Below, one piece after another: positions 1 to 9,123 of a DNA stretch of 64,000 bases (positions are counted from its first letter, which is position 1; each line of letters starts with the position of its first letter). A model generated the notes under the pieces. It was not told the origin of the DNA. It saw nothing but the letters and a program-made list of their open reading frames with translations, and did not search any database. This DNA comes from an uncultured Chloroflexia bacterium (GTDB taxonomy: Bacteria > Chloroflexota > Anaerolineae > CG2-30-64-16). The DNA lies in NCBI GenBank assembly GCA_963841825.1, contig CAWJEL010000034.1, positions 374 to 64,373 of the forward strand. Reading direction: 5' to 3'. The translations under genes were made by a program, and so were the position numbers.

Positions 1-25
1 GCCTATCTCGCCGCACGAGCGGCCA

Positions 26-250
26 TTACGGATTTTCTGTGTACCGCCCCGCTCGGGCCTCCCGGGCCGTGGTCTCGATTTTCGCCAGTTCGTCGCTGAC
101 GATGGCGATCTTGGCGAGCAGCAGCGGGTCCTGAGTGCGCTGCGCCCGGTCGAGAACGATGCGCCAGGCGGAGCGGGCGTTGACGCAGACGGCGATGATG
201 TCCTCCAGCGCCCACCCGGTCTTGTTAGCGAGCCGGGTCGGTGTGGGCAC
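26..250 (-). CDS. Hypothetical small protein (element-borne)
   Basis: 74-aa ORF on the same strand as the integrase, overlapping the upstream ORF. No recognisable motif. Confidence 0.35.
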   Translation of the reverse strand: MPTPTRLANKTGWALEDIIAVCVNARSAWRIVLDRAQRTQDPLLLAKIAIVSDELAKIETTAREARAGRYTENP

Positions 251-524
251 GGGCGGCCTCCAGTTGTTCCCGGTGATCCTGCCATTCGTTCGCCAGCGAG
301 CGGCCGATGATGCCGACGGATGAGGCGCCGACGATGGCGCAGACCTGGAGCCAGACGGTGACGGGCAGGATCGCCAGCAGGATGAGCAGGTCGACGCCGA
401 AGCCGATGACGACGGCGAGCCAGGTGCGGCGGACGGCGATGAAGCGGCCCCAGGCGGTGTGTTGAAGGATGACCGCCCAAATTGCTCCCCAAACCGCCGC
501 CAAAATGCACGCCATGATGATCAT
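225..524 (-). CDS. Hypothetical membrane protein, about 3 TM segments
   Basis: 99-aa ORF with hydrophobic stretches (ACILAAVWGAIWAVIL, LAVVIGFGVDLLILLAILPV, VCAIVGASSVGIIG) and a charged C-terminal tail. Confidence 0.45.
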   Translation of the reverse strand: MIIMACILAAVWGAIWAVILQHTAWGRFIAVRRTWLAVVIGFGVDLLILLAILPVTVWLQVCAIVGASSVGIIGRSLANEWQDHREQLEAARAHTDPAR

Positions 525-638
525 CGGTGTAGGCTCCGTGTGTAGGGATAAGCAGTTGTTATCGTTAGATCCTTCGACTTCGCACTGCGGGCTGCGGGCG
601 GGGCGCCCGCGCCTCGGTCAGGATGACAGGGCGGGATG

Positions 639-1844
639 TCAGATGCCCATGGCCAACTGGAGGGCCTGGGAGTAGTCGTCTACCGGGGCTTCGAGGGAGT
701 CCAGGTAGAGTTGGGTGACGGCGATAGATGAGTGGTGCATCAGTTTCGAGATTTTCAGCACGTCGAAGCCGGCCTTGCGCATGCTGTGGGCGAAGGTGTG
801 GCGCAGGCTGTGGACGTGGTAGGTTTGGGCGCGTGCGGCGGCTTCCTCCCGGGTGAGGCCGGTTTTGGCGCAGGGCGCGGCGCAGGTGTTTGCGCAGGAT
901 GTTGTTGGCCTGGGTGGCGCTGATGTGACGCTCCCTCGACCGCCTGCCCCTCTCCCGTTCGACGGGCGAGGGGTGACGTTGGGGAAGTTCTGCGTGCCGT
1001 GGTCGCGCAAAGGCTGCCAGATGTGGTCGGCGGGCTGGATGTGGGCGGGGTGGCCGGGCAGCCAGCGGCCGGCGCGTTTGAGGTAGGCGACGATGGCATG
1101 GTAGCAGGGCGCGGGAAAGGCGTCGTCCTGCGACTTCGAGCCTTTGCCCTGCCAGGCGAAGATGAACTCGCCGTCCCGGTCGTCGTTGGGGCGGATGTCG
1201 CCCCAGGTCATGGTGAGGACTTCGGTTGAACGCCAGCCGGTGAGCAGGAAGCATTTGAGCAGGGCGTAGTCGCGGGCGCCGTCCAGGGTCTTGACGGCGA
1301 TGTCGTTCATCATGAGGACGACGACGGCCTTGGAGAGCGGCCGACTTTTGCCTTTGCGGTTGACGGCGATGCGTTCGAGGTTGCCGACTTTGAACGGGTT
1401 GGCACGGGTGCGGCCCTGGGCGTCGAAGAAGAGGCAGCGCTCGATGCCGTCGGCGCCGAGGCGCTGCTCGCGCAGGACGTAGGAGTAGAAGGACGAGACG
1501 GCGCTGAGCCGCTGGTTGATGGTGGCGCGGCTGAGGTCCAGGCTCTCCATGTGTTCCTGCCAGGCGCGCACGTGGTCGGAGGTGACGAGCCACCAGTCGA
1601 GGCCGGTGAAGGCGGCGAACTGGTTGGTGGCGGCTTCGTAGACGCGGCGGGTGAGCGGCGAGCTGGGCCGGCCGCGGCGGTTGGCGCTCAGCCAGCGGTC
1701 GCGCAGGTTGGACCAGGCCAGGCGGAGCTGGTGGAGGGCCTGGTTGGTGTAGGCGGCCTCGAAGATCGATTGGCCGGGCGGGAGTAGCTGAAGTCCGACG
1801 GCTTCCGGTTCAGGGGGTAGGACTTCTACGGTGTGGTAGTTCAT
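639..1844 (-). CDS. Tyrosine-type site-specific integrase
   Basis: 401-aa ORF. The C-terminal region HSLRHTFAHSMRKAG...MHHSSIAVTQLYLD fits the R-HxxR-H-Y tyrosine recombinase pattern. Confidence 0.9.
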   Translation of the reverse strand: MNYHTVEVLPPEPEAVGLQLLPPGQSIFEAAYTNQALHQLRLAWSNLRDRWLSANRRGRPSSPLTRRVYEAATNQFAAFTGLDWWLVTSDHVRAWQEHMESLDLSRATINQRLSAVSSFYSYVLREQRLGADGIERCLFFDAQGRTRANPFKVGNLERIAVNRKGKSRPLSKAVVVLMMNDIAVKTLDGARDYALLKCFLLTGWRSTEVLTMTWGDIRPNDDRDGEFIFAWQGKGSKSQDDAFPAPCYHAIVAYLKRAGRWLPGHPAHIQPADHIWQPLRDHGTQNFPNVTPRPSNGRGAGGRGSVTSAPPRPTTSCANTCAAPCAKTGLTREEAAARAQTYHVHSLRHTFAHSMRKAGFDVLKISKLMHHSSIAVTQLYLDSLEAPVDDYSQALQLAMGI

Positions 1845-2061
1845 GGCTGGCGGCCTCGATAACGATTAGGTTGACAAGTGCGGGTCAAGGACACGTTGTA
1901 AACGGCTTCCCTCGCCGGAGTGGGCTGTCCAGACCCACTCCGGCACACCCAAGGAGGAAGAACCGAACCGGTGATCACCAATCCCCCGGTCCGAGCCCGG
2001 GCTGATTACCTGCGTGAGCATTTCGCCCTTGTTTCCTCATTGCACATCATCGTATCAGGAA

Positions 2062-2409
2062 TCAGTCCGGCCTCGCGCCGGGCGACTGTCGCCTCAGTCC
2101 GGGATCTCGCGCCAGTTGAATGTCAGCCGCGCACCAGTGGAGCGGGCGTTGGGTTTTCGGATGCGTTGATTTCCAGGAACGGCGCACCATGTCATCGATC
2201 CCGTTTGGCACCCCGAATGCCTCGGCCCAAGCCTGCGCCTCGGCTATGGTTGGATAGACGGACTCACGCTGCAGCACGAGGTAGAGGGTGCCGGCCTTGT
2301 GCGAGAGCTGGAGGTGTAGCGCCGGCTCAGGCTCTGCCGTGACGTAATCATCGGCGCTATGCTCCAATGCGAAGCGCAGGGCGGTGGCGATCGATGCGCG
2401 ATCACTCAT
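2062..2409 (-). CDS. Hypothetical protein
   Basis: 115-aa ORF whose start overlaps the stop of the HNH gene by 8 nt (coupled pair). No recognisable motif. Confidence 0.45.
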   Translation of the reverse strand: MSDRASIATALRFALEHSADDYVTAEPEPALHLQLSHKAGTLYLVLQRESVYPTIAEAQAWAEAFGVPNGIDDMVRRSWKSTHPKTQRPLHWCAADIQLARDPGLRRQSPGARPD

Positions 2410-2875
2410 GGTGCGCCCCGTAGAGATCGAGCGAGGGTTGCGTTCGCGATCGCCGCAAGAATGCCTTGTAGAGGTAGCGCACGCGTGATGCGTTGATGCC
2501 GAAACGCCTGGCGAGCACGGGGGAGGTGTAGCCCTGGCTGCGCAGATCGCCGCCCTGTGCGATCTGCGCGGTTGTCAGTAGGGAATGTCCCTTGTGATGG
2601 CCGGCGGCGACGCGATCGGCGGCATCGTCGGCGCGTGTGCCGGGCGCCAGATGCTGCGGGTTGCAGCAGCACGGGTTATTGCAGAGATGGCGGCCGACCT
2701 GACCCTGTTCACACGGGCGGCCGTCGAGCTCGAGGGCGACGCGGTGGGCGCGGCTGCGGGCGCCATGCCAGCGCAGCCACCCGTAGCCGTTGGCGTCGCG
2801 GGCCCGGGTCCAGGGCCAACAGGCAGCCGGGCCGGCAGAGCGATCGACATAGGACCAGAAGGTTGCGGGGTTCAT
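2402..2875 (-). CDS. HNH homing-type endonuclease (phage HNH_3-like) with C-terminal HTH-like tail
   Basis: 157 aa. Shows GYGWLRWHG...AHRVALE...VGRHLCNNPCCCNPQHL, the phage HNH pattern. Confidence 0.8.
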   Translation of the reverse strand: MNPATFWSYVDRSAGPAACWPWTRARDANGYGWLRWHGARSRAHRVALELDGRPCEQGQVGRHLCNNPCCCNPQHLAPGTRADDAADRVAAGHHKGHSLLTTAQIAQGGDLRSQGYTSPVLARRFGINASRVRYLYKAFLRRSRTQPSLDLYGAHHE

Positions 2876-2898
2876 GTGTGCGATCCTTGGGCGTGAGA

Positions 2899-3207
2899 CT
2901 ATTTGCTGATGCGGATGGGCGCGTACAGCTCGCTGCCGCTGCCTTCGCAGCCATTGACGCGGACAGGCTGATCCAGGCGGAACGTGCGCTTTGTAGACAC
3001 CCGGCTGAACCAGTAGCCGAAGTCGCAGGTGCCGCTCACAAAGCCGACGCCAGCGTCGGTCACAGTGCAGGAGATGCCGTAGCGCATGTTGCGATTGTTG
3101 TAGCCACAGCCTCCCTTATTCCCCGGTGCCGGCGCTGCCAGACCGGAGATTTTACCGGCGCGGCACCGGGACCGGGCCGCACAGGGTGGCCCGGTGCCAG
3201 GTGACAC
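2899..3207 (-). CDS. Hypothetical Cys-rich protein, N-terminus uncertain
   Basis: 102-aa ORF whose C-terminal half looks protein-like (GISCTVTDAGVGFVSGTCDFGYWF). A signal/TM-like segment (HYLIVALTFCALAVALLIIAATAYA) is encoded just upstream (about 3300-3380) in another frame. Confidence 0.3.
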   Translation of the reverse strand: MSPGTGPPCAARSRCRAGKISGLAAPAPGNKGGCGYNNRNMRYGISCTVTDAGVGFVSGTCDFGYWFSRVSTKRTFRLDQPVRVNGCEGSGSELYAPIRISK

Positions 3208-3470
3208 CTACACGCTCAAATACAATGCGGCAGGCGCAGGGCTGGCCGGACGAAAGGCTGCACGTCATCCAGTCCACGGCCTGCGCCGTGGCTGCGTACG
3301 CCGTGGCTGCGATGATCAGCAGCGCCACGGCGAGGGCGCAGAAGGTCAGGGCGACGATGAGGTAGTGTTGACGGCGGATGGAGCATGGCAGACTCCTCTC
3401 TCAGTGGGGCAGGGGGGATGTGTTCGGCGGTCATGCCGGCGTCTCCACTGGGGATAAGACATTCTTATCA

Positions 3471-3707
3471 TCAGGAACGGCGGAGATCCTCGATCATTCC
3501 ACCGACACCGAATACCGACTCCATCGCCGCCAGGCCGAACGCCTGGAAAAAGCGGAAGCGCAGCTTATCGTTGATCTCCGCTGCCCCGCAGAACAGTTTG
3601 TTCATGTAGGTGGGGGTGTAGTTGAGCAGCCGGGCCAGGTCGGCCTGGCTCATTTTCCGCTCGGCCAGAAAGGTGCGCAGGTGGGTGATCTCGGGGGCTT
3701 CAGTCAT
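3471..3707 (-). CDS. XRE (Cro/C1-type) helix-turn-helix regulator
   Basis: 78 aa. MSQADLARLLNYTPTYMNKL is a typical HTH_3 segment. Confidence 0.75.
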   Translation of the reverse strand: MTEAPEITHLRTFLAERKMSQADLARLLNYTPTYMNKLFCGAAEINDKLRFRFFQAFGLAAMESVFGVGGMIEDLRRS

Positions 3708-3940
3708 TGGCGGCTCCTGCGGCGGTGATCGTCGCCAGGTACTTCATGATCGTCGCGGTGGGGTCGGTGTGAAAGGCGGTGCGCAGCTCCTGCTGCTCCT
3801 CCTGGGCCATCACCGCCGCGGTATAAGGCGGTGATGGCCGGGTTGGCATAGTGGAAGATGCGCCGTGGCTTGGCGATTCGTTGGGTTCGCTTGGCTGCCG
3901 TGTCCATGATGTCCTCCGCTTCGTTCATTCTAAGTCTCAA
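3700..3940 (-). CDS. Hypothetical small protein, probable frame break near 3815
   Basis: The N-terminal frame (MNEAEDIMDTAAKRTQRIAKPRRIFHYANPAITALY) runs into a second frame (MAQEEQQELRTAFHTDPTATIMKYLATITAAGAAND). That second frame's stop overlaps the downstream HTH start (ATGACTGA). Confidence 0.3.
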
Positions 3941-4084
3941 TCTATGCGATATTGTATCAAAAAGAGAATAGTAACGAATATGATCTTAATCATATTCGGA
4001 GCACCAATTATTCTTTTTTCTATATAGTCGTATTCACAGAGGGGGTATAGATTTCTCTATAGCAAAAAGGATATACTAAGGAAC
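3941..4084. promoter_or_regulatory. AT-rich divergent promoter/operator region with perfect palindrome at 3975-3998
   Basis: This is the only strongly AT-rich stretch in the window. CGAATATGAT-CTTA-ATCATATTCG (10-bp arms) lies between the two divergent regulator-side operons. Confidence 0.5.
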
Positions 4085-4384
4085 ATGAAACGAGTGTTGA
4101 GGGAACGGGTAGACTTCCTACTGGATGAACGTGGAATCAAAACGCAGAGCGAATTGCATCTGCGTATCCAGGAGTTTCATCCTGGCTTTGCTTGGCGAAC
4201 GCTATCTCAGGTCATCAACGGCAAGCACTCGCCGACTCTCGATACCATAGAATCTATCGCCCAGGGACTTGGTACCACCATCGCATACCTGATCGGTGAG
4301 GTGGACGATCCGGCGCCGGAGTTGGGCGCGAGCGATCCGCTGCCCGAAGTGCGCGCGTGGAGCGCAGTCGGCTCAGGGCGATGA
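4085..4384 (+). CDS. XRE-type helix-turn-helix regulator (repressor-like)
   Basis: 99 aa with IKTQSELHLRIQ...LSQVINGKHSPTLDTIESIAQGLGTTIAYLIG. Third-codon GC is lower than in the surrounding genes. Confidence 0.8.
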   Translation: MKRVLRERVDFLLDERGIKTQSELHLRIQEFHPGFAWRTLSQVINGKHSPTLDTIESIAQGLGTTIAYLIGEVDDPAPELGASDPLPEVRAWSAVGSGR

Positions 4385-4792
4385 CGGCAGATCAGCGGGC
4401 GCGCACAGCTCGCACTTTGAGGGGGTTCTTGCGGTGGCGGAGGGGGGGCGTTAAGCGCGACCTTCACCAGTTGGCGCAAGGCGCGCCAGATCGACCGGCG
4501 CTGGGTGGGCGGGAGCTGCTTCAGCTTACGGAACGTGGACGGATAGCGGCGTTTCGTCGTCATGGCGTTTTCAAAACAGAACGGGTGTTCGTACATTCTA
4601 GCGACCATATCGCAGACCGTCAAGGGGTGGTATCCCCAAGTTTATCGCAATTTTGGCTTTCAATAATGCATAGTGCCGCTCGGGCTGAAATTTTACAGTT
4701 GATCGGCAGCCTCGGCCGGACCCCCACCGGCTGAGGGTATTGGGGGTGCGTCGTTCTCCCAGGCGCACCCCGGTTCTGACCAGGAGGAACAG

Positions 4793-5533
4793 GTGCCTGC
4801 AATGGTGCTGGTGCTCGTCATAGCCTTACTCGGCGGCGGATGGAGTCAGTACTTGCCGCTGGTGCTGCAGGGTGGCGTCGCGATGCCGACGGTTGCGCCG
4901 AAGGTGACGGTCACACGGACGAGCACGGCGACAGCTTCGTCAACTCCCACGGTGACTCCGACCACGACGCCGACGGCCACGGCAACGCCGACGAGAACGC
5001 CGACCAACACGCCCAGCGTCACGCCTGCGGCGACGGCTACGCCGACAGCCTCACGGACGAGCACGGTCACGCCGACACCCTCACGGACGGCCACACGGAC
5101 GAGCACGGCAACGGTCACGCCTACAGAGACGGCGACGGCCACACCAACCGCCGCGGTCACACCGACAAGGACGCCGACGGCGACACAGACGAGTACACGG
5201 ACGGTTACACCGACGCCTTCGCGAACACTGACACCGAGCGTGACGCCTACCTGGACGCCCACGCGCACACCGACGGCGACAGCGACATCAACGGCGATCC
5301 CGACGATGACGCTCACCTCGACAAGGACACCGACGGCCACGCGCACGAGCACGCCGCCGACCAGGACATCGACGCCACAGGTAAATTGCAGTCCGGCTTA
5401 TCCGACGGTGTGCATTCCGCCACCGCCGCCGGATCTGGACTGTGGAGATATTCAGTATCGGAATTTTGTTGTTCTGCCGCCCGATCCACATCGGTTTGAC
5501 ACGGATCATGATGGGGTCGGGTGTGAGAGTTGA
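4793..5533 (+). CDS. Secreted Thr/Pro-repeat protein with C-terminal Excalibur calcium-binding domain
   Basis: GTG start 6 nt after AGGAGG. It has an N-terminal hydrophobic signal ([13 protein letters not shown]), about 160 aa of TPT/TAT repeats, and the C-terminus [31 protein letters not shown] (DxDxDGxxCE). Confidence 0.75.
   Translation: MPAMVLVLVIALLGGGWSQYLPLVLQGGVAMPTVAPKVTVTRTSTATASSTPTVTPTTTPTATATPTRTPTNTPSVTPAATATPTASRTSTVTPTPSRTATRTSTATVTPTETATATPTAAVTPTRTPTATQTSTRTVTPTPSRTLTPSVTPTWTPTRTPTATATSTAIPTMTLTSTRTPTATRTSTPPTRTSTPQVNCSPAYPTVCIPPPPPDLDCGDIQYRNFVVLPPDPHRFDTDHDGVGCES
4898..5384 (+). repeat. Low-complexity coding repeat (T-P-T / T-A-T)n
   Basis: Degenerate ACG/CCG/ACN periodic sequence. 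Both alternative frames and the antisense strand also stay open (shadow ORFs 4840-5499 and 4846-5352). Confidence 0.8.
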
Positions 5534-5928
5534 CCTGGCCAGGATCGGCATGGGGAAGGCTTCCGCCATCCTGGCATCGTATCTCTATGAGCGGGAGGAC
5601 ATCCTTTTGCAGATCCCTGGTGACGTACCGCTGGATGTAGCCCGGCAGTATGAGGCAGCATTGATGGCGGCGAAGTAAGGGCTGTTCCTGAGGATAATAA
5701 AAGGTTATCCCCAGGATTCTGGAAACGGGCGGGTCGGACACCCGAGGTTTGTTGAGGGATCGCTCACATGGAGGGCGGTTCTAGCGTTTTCAAGTTACTC
5801 CCAATTATGCAGGGGTTTTGAGTGTTATCGTCAGGAAGACGGGGTGTGGGTGATGAGTTGGGGACCAGGATCGTTCACATGGCGGGCGGGAGGAGGGTTC
5901 ACACGGTAGGCAGATTTGGACGAACATG

Positions 5929-6003
<75 letters not shown>

Positions 6004-6008
6004 TCTGA

Positions 6009-6050
6009 CCACACAGGTAGCGATTTAGACTGCCCGTGTGGTTTTTGTTT
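6009..6050 (+). terminator. Rho-independent terminator downstream of the tRNA fragment
   Basis: CCACACAGG-N15-CCCGTGTGG stem followed by TTTTTGTTT. Confidence 0.65.
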
Positions 6051-6172
6051 GGCAGGTCGCGCAAGCCGGGTCCCTCTGCCGGAAGTGGCGCTGCTTCCCC
6101 ATACCTCGCTCGGCAGTCGCGGCTGATCTTGCAGCAAACCGATCGCTAAACGACACATCTACAGATTTAGTC

Positions 6173-7573
6173 TTAGATCCTGTCGAAGTCTACCCCGAGC
6201 AGGGTCGCGATCTTCTCCACTGTACCAGCCCAATGGCCGTAGGCCAGGGCCTGGTGATGCGAGCCGCCGGCCAGGCTGTAGCGCGTCAGGAAGTCAGCGA
6301 GCGGCGCGGTGGGCGCGAACTTGTAGTGCGGGCGGCCCATGTCGAGGACGTATGGGAAATCCACCACCTGACCCTCAGTCACCACCAATTTCAGCCTGCC
6401 TCCTGGCCCCGTGACCAGGCTGACCAGGGTGACGTCCCCCGGTTGCAGGCTGAAGGCCAGCAGCAATGGCGCGACACGCAGATCCACCAGGCCCAGGGTG
6501 CTCCGCAGCGCCCAGACCGGCTCGTCCTTGCGGGCCATCGTCCAGTTCCCCTCACCCATATGCATCATCAGGACCGCGTTGTGGGCGAAATCCATGGTGA
6601 ACATCTCGGTGAAGTTGGCTGAGCCGGCCAACTCCCGCATCATGGCCACCGCAGCAGAGCTCGTCGCATCGCCTTCGCCGCCGAAACCGTAGCCCTCGCC
6701 CATCAGCTTGGCGGCGGCCAGGAAGGGCAGCGTGTCCAGCCAGCTCTCCTCGCCGACGGCCACAAAGTGAAAGGTGAAGCCCTGCAGTTGCCGCTCCTGC
6801 AGGATTTTGCGCAGGCCCCATTCCAGCCGGGAGCTGGCCGCGTGCTCTTCTTCGGTGATGCCATCCTGGAAACGGAAGTTCTGCCGGTCGAACGCCATCT
6901 GGGCGGCGACTTCTTCCTGGGGCGCGGCTTTGGCGCGTTCGGCCAGGCTGCGCATGGCGATCCGCCGCACTTCCACGCCCATCTGGCTGAGGAACGCGGT
7001 GTCGTCCAGGCCAAAATCGCCCATCCCCTCCATGGGATAGCCGATCAGCCCGATCTGCATCTGGCGCAGGAAGCGGATCGTGCGCGCGGCGTCGCACCAC
7101 GCTTTGACCTCGGCCTGGGTCGCCGCGTCCTGGTAATGGCCGGTGACGATTTGAAATGCGCGGCCGGCGCGCAGGAGCACGTTGGCCAGGTCCTGCACGC
7201 CGTGCATGCCGTGGTTAAAGGTGGTATCGTCCGATGACGTATCGGCTGTGACCCCCTCCAAGCGCTGGGTGTTGTAGAGCAGGATAGGCAGACGCGTGCG
7301 GACCAGCCCAGGCAGTGCGATGTGGCTGGGCGCATAGGTCAGCAGCACCACGATGATCAGGTCTTTCCCATCGCGCTCGAATCCGGCGATGGCTTCATCC
7401 ACTGCCGCGCGGGTGTTACAGACGCCGGGGAAATCGACCTCGGCAAACGGCGCCAATGTCGTTGCCAGCTCCGAGGCGAAGCCGGCCATCTGCGGCTTCA
7501 GCTCAGGCCAACGATCGTAGAGTTCCAGCATCAGGCCCAACAGGCCGATCCGGGCCTTGGTTGTCTCAGCCAT
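6173..7573 (-). CDS. L-arabinose isomerase family protein
   Basis: 466 aa. The blocks VTGHYQD, GYGFGGEGD and AGGSHHQALAYG match conserved AraA blocks as I recall them. Confidence 0.8.
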   Translation of the reverse strand: MAETTKARIGLLGLMLELYDRWPELKPQMAGFASELATTLAPFAEVDFPGVCNTRAAVDEAIAGFERDGKDLIIVVLLTYAPSHIALPGLVRTRLPILLYNTQRLEGVTADTSSDDTTFNHGMHGVQDLANVLLRAGRAFQIVTGHYQDAATQAEVKAWCDAARTIRFLRQMQIGLIGYPMEGMGDFGLDDTAFLSQMGVEVRRIAMRSLAERAKAAPQEEVAAQMAFDRQNFRFQDGITEEEHAASSRLEWGLRKILQERQLQGFTFHFVAVGEESWLDTLPFLAAAKLMGEGYGFGGEGDATSSAAVAMMRELAGSANFTEMFTMDFAHNAVLMMHMGEGNWTMARKDEPVWALRSTLGLVDLRVAPLLLAFSLQPGDVTLVSLVTGPGGRLKLVVTEGQVVDFPYVLDMGRPHYKFAPTAPLADFLTRYSLAGGSHHQALAYGHWAGTVEKIATLLGVDFDRI

Positions 7574-9123
7574 TTTGGCTATCCTCCTGAACAGGGTTTG
7601 GGGATTGGGGACCGGTGACTGGTCTGGCCGTCCGGTCGATCAACGCATGACTCAGTTCCCGGTAGGTTGTGAACAGGTCGTCGTAGAGCCGTCGCACCGC
7701 AGGGTCGGGCGTCAGGCTTGTCTCGGCGCCCTGGAAGGCGGCGAAACCGGCCTGCGGGTCGCCGAAGATTCCCGACGGCCGTCCCAGCCAGGATCGCGGC
7801 CCCGCGGCTGGCGGCCTGGCTCATGGCGGGGAGCACCACCGGGATGCGCGGTCACGTCGGCCACGATCTGCGGCCAGACGTTGCTCCGGGCCGCGCCGCC
7901 GACCATCCGCAGCTCGGCCACGTCGATGCCTGCCTGGCGCATTTCGCTGATGGCCCAGCGGAGCTCGAAGGCGATGCCCTCCATCACGGCCCGGGCCATC
8001 TCGTCCCGGGTGTGGGGCAACGACAGGCCGATGAAACCGCCGCGCGCCGGTCCGAAGCCGGCAGCATGTCCGCCGGCCAACGGATAGCATAGCAGCCCGC
8101 CGGCGCCCGGCGCCGCGCGCGCCACCCCGGCGTTGATGGCCGCGTAAAGATCGGCGCGGTCTTCGCCGGCCGCGCGCTCGCGCCAGACGTTGTCGATCAG
8201 CCATTCCAGGGACGAGCCAACCGCCCCGATGGAGCGCATGGCGCCCCAGATTCCGTCCAGCACGTGCCGGCCGATCGCGGTCCCGCTGCGCAGGCCCACC
8301 TCGAGGTCATCGACCACGGCCAACACCACCCAGGCCGTGCCGCACGAGAGCATCACCTTGCCGGGCTGCATGACGCCCGTGCCGACCGCTGCGCAATATT
8401 GATCGTGCGCGCCGTTGGCGACGGGCAACCCCACAGGCAGGCCGGTCGCAGCGGCAGCCTCGGCGTTCAACGTGCCCACCAGGTGGCCCGCCGGGTGCAT
8501 GGGGGACAACTGGTCGCGCCGGACGCCCACCAGCGCCAACAGGCGTTCGTCCCAGTCGCCGGTGGCGATGCTGAAGAGTTGGGTGATGCCGGCGTCCGTT
8601 GGATTCATACACAGCCTGCCGGTCAGGCGCAGGCCGATGAAATCGTTGACGAACAGGTAGTGGCGCGCGGCCGCGTAGAGTTGGGGGGCGATTGTCTCTG
8701 AGCCAGCCGATGTGTTGGAGCGGCAGCGCATCCTGCAAGGGCCAGCCGGTCGTCGTGCGGATGAACTCGGCCCCGACCTGCGCTCGCACCGACCGCAGCC
8801 TGCGTGGCGCCCCGCGTATCCATCCAACTAATGGCGTTGTAAAGGGGGGTCCCGGCGGCATCGACCGGAATCGTCGTGCCCCCCTGCGATGACTGCGCCA
8901 GGCCCAGCACCCGGTCGTCCGGGTCAAGCTGGCCGGCAACGGCGCGCAGCACCTCCACGACGGCGCGCCACAACGCCTCAGGGTCTTGCTCCACCCAACC
9001 ATACCCCGGCGTGATCAGGCCGTAGCCTGAGCTGGCCTCTGCGAGCGCAACGCCAGTCAGATCGAATGCCACGGCCTTGGTGGCCGTTGTGCCTACGTCG
9101 AGCCCGATCAGGATATCTGTCAT
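7566..9123 (-). pseudogene. FGGY-family carbohydrate kinase (xylulokinase-like), 4 frame breaks
   Basis: The N-terminus ILIGLDVGTTATKAVAFD, a middle block (AQVGAEFIRTTTGWPLQDALPLQHIGWLRDNRP), then CGTAWVV...MVGGAARSNVWPQIVADV and the C-terminus VLPAMSQAASRGAAILAG...LYDDLFTTYRELSHAL lie in successive frames. Breaks are near 8810, 8700, 7846 and 7769. The stop overlaps the araA-like start (ATGGCTGA). Confidence 0.8.

Noticed and set aside
565-1593. 342-aa Arg/Pro-rich ORF overlapping the integrase gene on the same strand in another frame.
   Set aside because: Its composition (R/P/A-rich, no motifs) is typical of off-frame readings of GC-rich genes. The overlapping frame carries a clear tyrosine recombinase signature.
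1915-1943. Perfect 10-bp-stem hairpin CCGGAGTGGG-ctgtccaga-CCCACTCCGG between the integrase start and the upstream gene, considered as a terminator or excisionase site.
   Set aside because: It has no U-tract on either strand and no second copy in the window. There is not enough evidence to assign a function.
4207-4734. Overlapping ORFs 4207-4623 (minus) and 4357-4734 (plus) downstream of the XRE gene. The minus-strand N-terminus MTTKRRYPSTFRKLKQLPPTQRRSIWRALRQLV has coding-like third-position GC.
   Set aside because: The extent cannot be resolved. The minus ORF would overlap the HTH gene by about 180 nt, and neither product has a recognisable motif. A short real gene starting at 4563 is possible but unsupported.
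4840-5499. Alternative-frame (Asp/His/Gly-rich) and antisense (Val/Gly-rich, 4846-5352) ORFs across the Thr/Pro repeat.
   Set aside because: The periodic ACN-CCN sequence keeps all frames open. Only the 4793 frame has an RBS-linked start, a signal sequence and a recognisable C-terminal domain.
5442-5678. 78-aa ORF after the Excalibur gene. The tail MGKASAILASYLYEREDILLQIPGDVPLDVARQYEAALMAAK looks protein-like.
   Set aside because: It has no ribosome-binding site and overlaps the preceding gene end. It is very short and has no motif.
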